The notes under the pieces are model-generated. The model ran no database searches. It was not told the origin of the DNA and saw nothing but the letters and a program-made list of their open reading frames with translations. A DNA stretch of 62,384 bases from a virus, in IMG/VR virus record IMGVR_UViG_3300045988_062316. One strand, given 5' to 3'. The stretch's first letter is position 1, and each line of letters starts with the position of its first letter. The position numbers and the translations under genes are program-made. This document shows positions 60,844-62,384 of this stretch, piece by piece.

Positions 60844-62191
60844 TGTCGCCTAGCTTATACGAGTCGAGTTGCAGTGGCTTGTTCATCGTTTCCATCGCGG
60901 ACAACCGTTCCTTCAATCCGGCATGACGGTAGTGTTCCACCATCAAGCGGCTGGAATGTCCAACAATCTCTTCCACCAATCCATAATCCACGCCCATGCT
61001 CATGAGTATGGTCACGACCGTGTGGCGTGTTTCGTGGCGGCTACGATGTTCCGCATTGGGTACGCCCGCGTTCTCCAAGAGTTGGCGGAAGTTTTCAAGG
61101 TCTTCCTCCGGTTCGATGGGCGTGCCGTCATCATGCCGGAACAGCAATCCATATGGGTTCGGAATATCGTCGGTCGCTTCGAGATATGCTTCGAGCGTTT
61201 GAGCCAATGCCGGGATGATCGGCACTTTCCTGCCGCGCTTCGATTTCGGTGGCGTCAGGCACCATCTGCCTGTCAGTTCGATCATGTCGAAGCCGTCTGG
61301 AATGCGCCACCGCCATTGAGGACATGCGGCTCCGCGCTTGTATCCGCATGGATAGACGCCATGCTTGTCTGGATTGCCGCATCCATGTTCTTTCTTCAGT
61401 TCCTCTAGCTTCCAGTTGACGGCGTATTCGCCGTATGGCACGCCGTTCATTTGGCCTAGTTCGAGGTCTTGGATGGATGCGCCGAGTATTTCGCCCGGAC
61501 GCATGCCGGTGCACAGTCTGAACCATTCCTTTGCGGCGTTTCTCACGCCTAGATCGTTGGCGGCCTTCAGGATGCGTTTGGCTTCGTCCACGGTGAATGC
61601 GGTACGTTCGTTGGCTTCGTTCTTGCGACTGTCCACCAAACTGATGTCCTTGTCCTTCGGGGTTGGGACGCCGCCCATCGGGTTGGTGGGTAGGATGCGG
61701 TCCGACACCGCTGATTTGCATATCTGGTTCAATGTGGTGTGTACCTGCTTGCGTAGGCTGAGGCTGGCTTTTACCCGCTGTTCCTTGCCGTTGACTTTCT
61801 TGGTTATGCGTAGGCCGTTGACGATGCGGTCGCACGCTCCGCTGGTCAGGCTCGCCATTTTCTGCCGGTGGTATGGGAGCAGGTGTTTGCGGACGATTGT
61901 TCGATAGTTGGCGAATGTTTTCGGGTCTGCGTCGCGTTGCCTGCGTTCGAGCCATTGTTCGGCGTATGCTCCGAGTGTGATGGAGCTGTTGTTGGCGCTG
62001 CCGAATCTGGCTCGTTCCTGTAGTAGTTCCGTCAGTCGCTTGTTGGCGTCAACGTATTTTTTGCAGCTGTATGTTTTGCCGTCAACCTTGAACTCGTAGC
62101 TGGCGTAGATTTTTACGGTTCCGTTGGCTAGTCTCTTCTGGCGTTCAACCCGATATGGGTAGACGATGCCGTTTCTTGCTTTGCGCACCAT
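60833..62191 (-). CDS. int: Tyrosine integrase
   Basis: 452 aa. GMRPGEILG, TRHTVVTILMSMG, GHSSRLMVEHYRH. Adjacent to the tRNA-like attP core. Confidence 0.85.
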   Translation of the reverse strand: MVRKARNGIVYPYRVERQKRLANGTVKIYASYEFKVDGKTYSCKKYVDANKRLTELLQERARFGSANNSSITLGAYAEQWLERRQRDADPKTFANYRTIVRKHLLPYHRQKMASLTSGACDRIVNGLRITKKVNGKEQRVKASLSLRKQVHTTLNQICKSAVSDRILPTNPMGGVPTPKDKDISLVDSRKNEANERTAFTVDEAKRILKAANDLGVRNAAKEWFRLCTGMRPGEILGASIQDLELGQMNGVPYGEYAVNWKLEELKKEHGCGNPDKHGVYPCGYKRGAACPQWRWRIPDGFDMIELTGRWCLTPPKSKRGRKVPIIPALAQTLEAYLEATDDIPNPYGLLFRHDDGTPIEPEEDLENFRQLLENAGVPNAEHRSRHETRHTVVTILMSMGVDYGLVEEIVGHSSRLMVEHYRHAGLKERLSAMETMNKPLQLDSYKLGDNEG

Positions 62192-62211
62192 GATTACCTC
62201 CTTGCCTCTAT

Positions 62212-62231
62212 ATTCTCAGACATTCTCAGAC
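62212..62231 (+). repeat. Tandem ATTCTCAGAC x2 (putative arm-type integrase sites)
   Basis: The same decamer occurs at 164-173, with a variant ATTCTATCAGAC inside the 77-mer. Confidence 0.5.
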
Positions 62232-62307
62232 TTCCATTTACCCCTTACTTACGGGTTGAGTACACCTTAAGTACGGTGAAACCGTTGGAATGAAGCCGTT
62301 TTACCCA

Positions 62308-62384
62308 ATCGTTCCAAGGGATATTCTATCAGACTTTCTAACTGTTAATCGGACGGTCACTGGTTCAAGCCCAGTCGCAGGAGC
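62308..62384. repeat. Terminal direct repeat, second copy (identical to 1-77)
   Basis: Read directly from the sequence. Confidence 0.95.

Larger units (their letters stand above)
1..62384. mobile_element. Complete temperate siphovirus-like phage genome (lysogeny, early, accessory, structural and lysis modules)
   Basis: Modular gene order with integrase, repressor, RecT/SSB/RusA, terminase, portal, capsid, tape measure and endolysin. The two ends are identical over 77 nt. Confidence 0.9.

Noticed and set aside
61131-61955. 274-aa minus-strand ORF inside int
   Set aside because: It is an alternative frame of the integrase gene with an extreme Arg/Pro/Gln composition.

Overview
The window reads as one complete temperate siphovirus-type phage genome. 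Composition and gene families suggest a high-GC Gram-positive, Bifidobacterium-like host; this is an inference from motifs, with no database search run. Bases 1-77 are identical to 62308-62384, so the unique length is 62,307 bp. I read the repeat as a circular-closure overlap, not attL/attR. It carries an attP core that mimics the 3' half of a tRNA-Asn and lies next to the integrase.

Gene order:
- Lysogeny module: integrase, ImmA-like protease, CI-like and Cro-like regulators, Xis-like protein.
- Early genes: split C5 cytosine methyltransferase, RecT, SSB, RusA, DUF3310, Lar-like protein, Arr-like ADP-ribosyltransferase, MazG, second methyltransferase, replication protein with internal ori-like repeats, dUTPase.
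- A 7-kb leftward accessory island with its own HTH regulator and a third tyrosine recombinase.
- Three tRNAs plus tRNA-like fragments.
- Two HNH endonucleases, terminase, portal, capsid and tail genes.
- A four-site inversion shufflon on the receptor-binding protein gene, with an adjacent recombinase.
- A tandem array of five small paralogous tail-distal ORFs, two carrying G9/G10 tracts.
- A lysis cassette.

The most interesting candidates are the shufflon, the phase-variable paralog array, the G-tract-bearing split methyltransferase with an embedded alternative-frame ORF, and the accessory island. All functional calls rest on motif recognition by eye and need confirmation by search.
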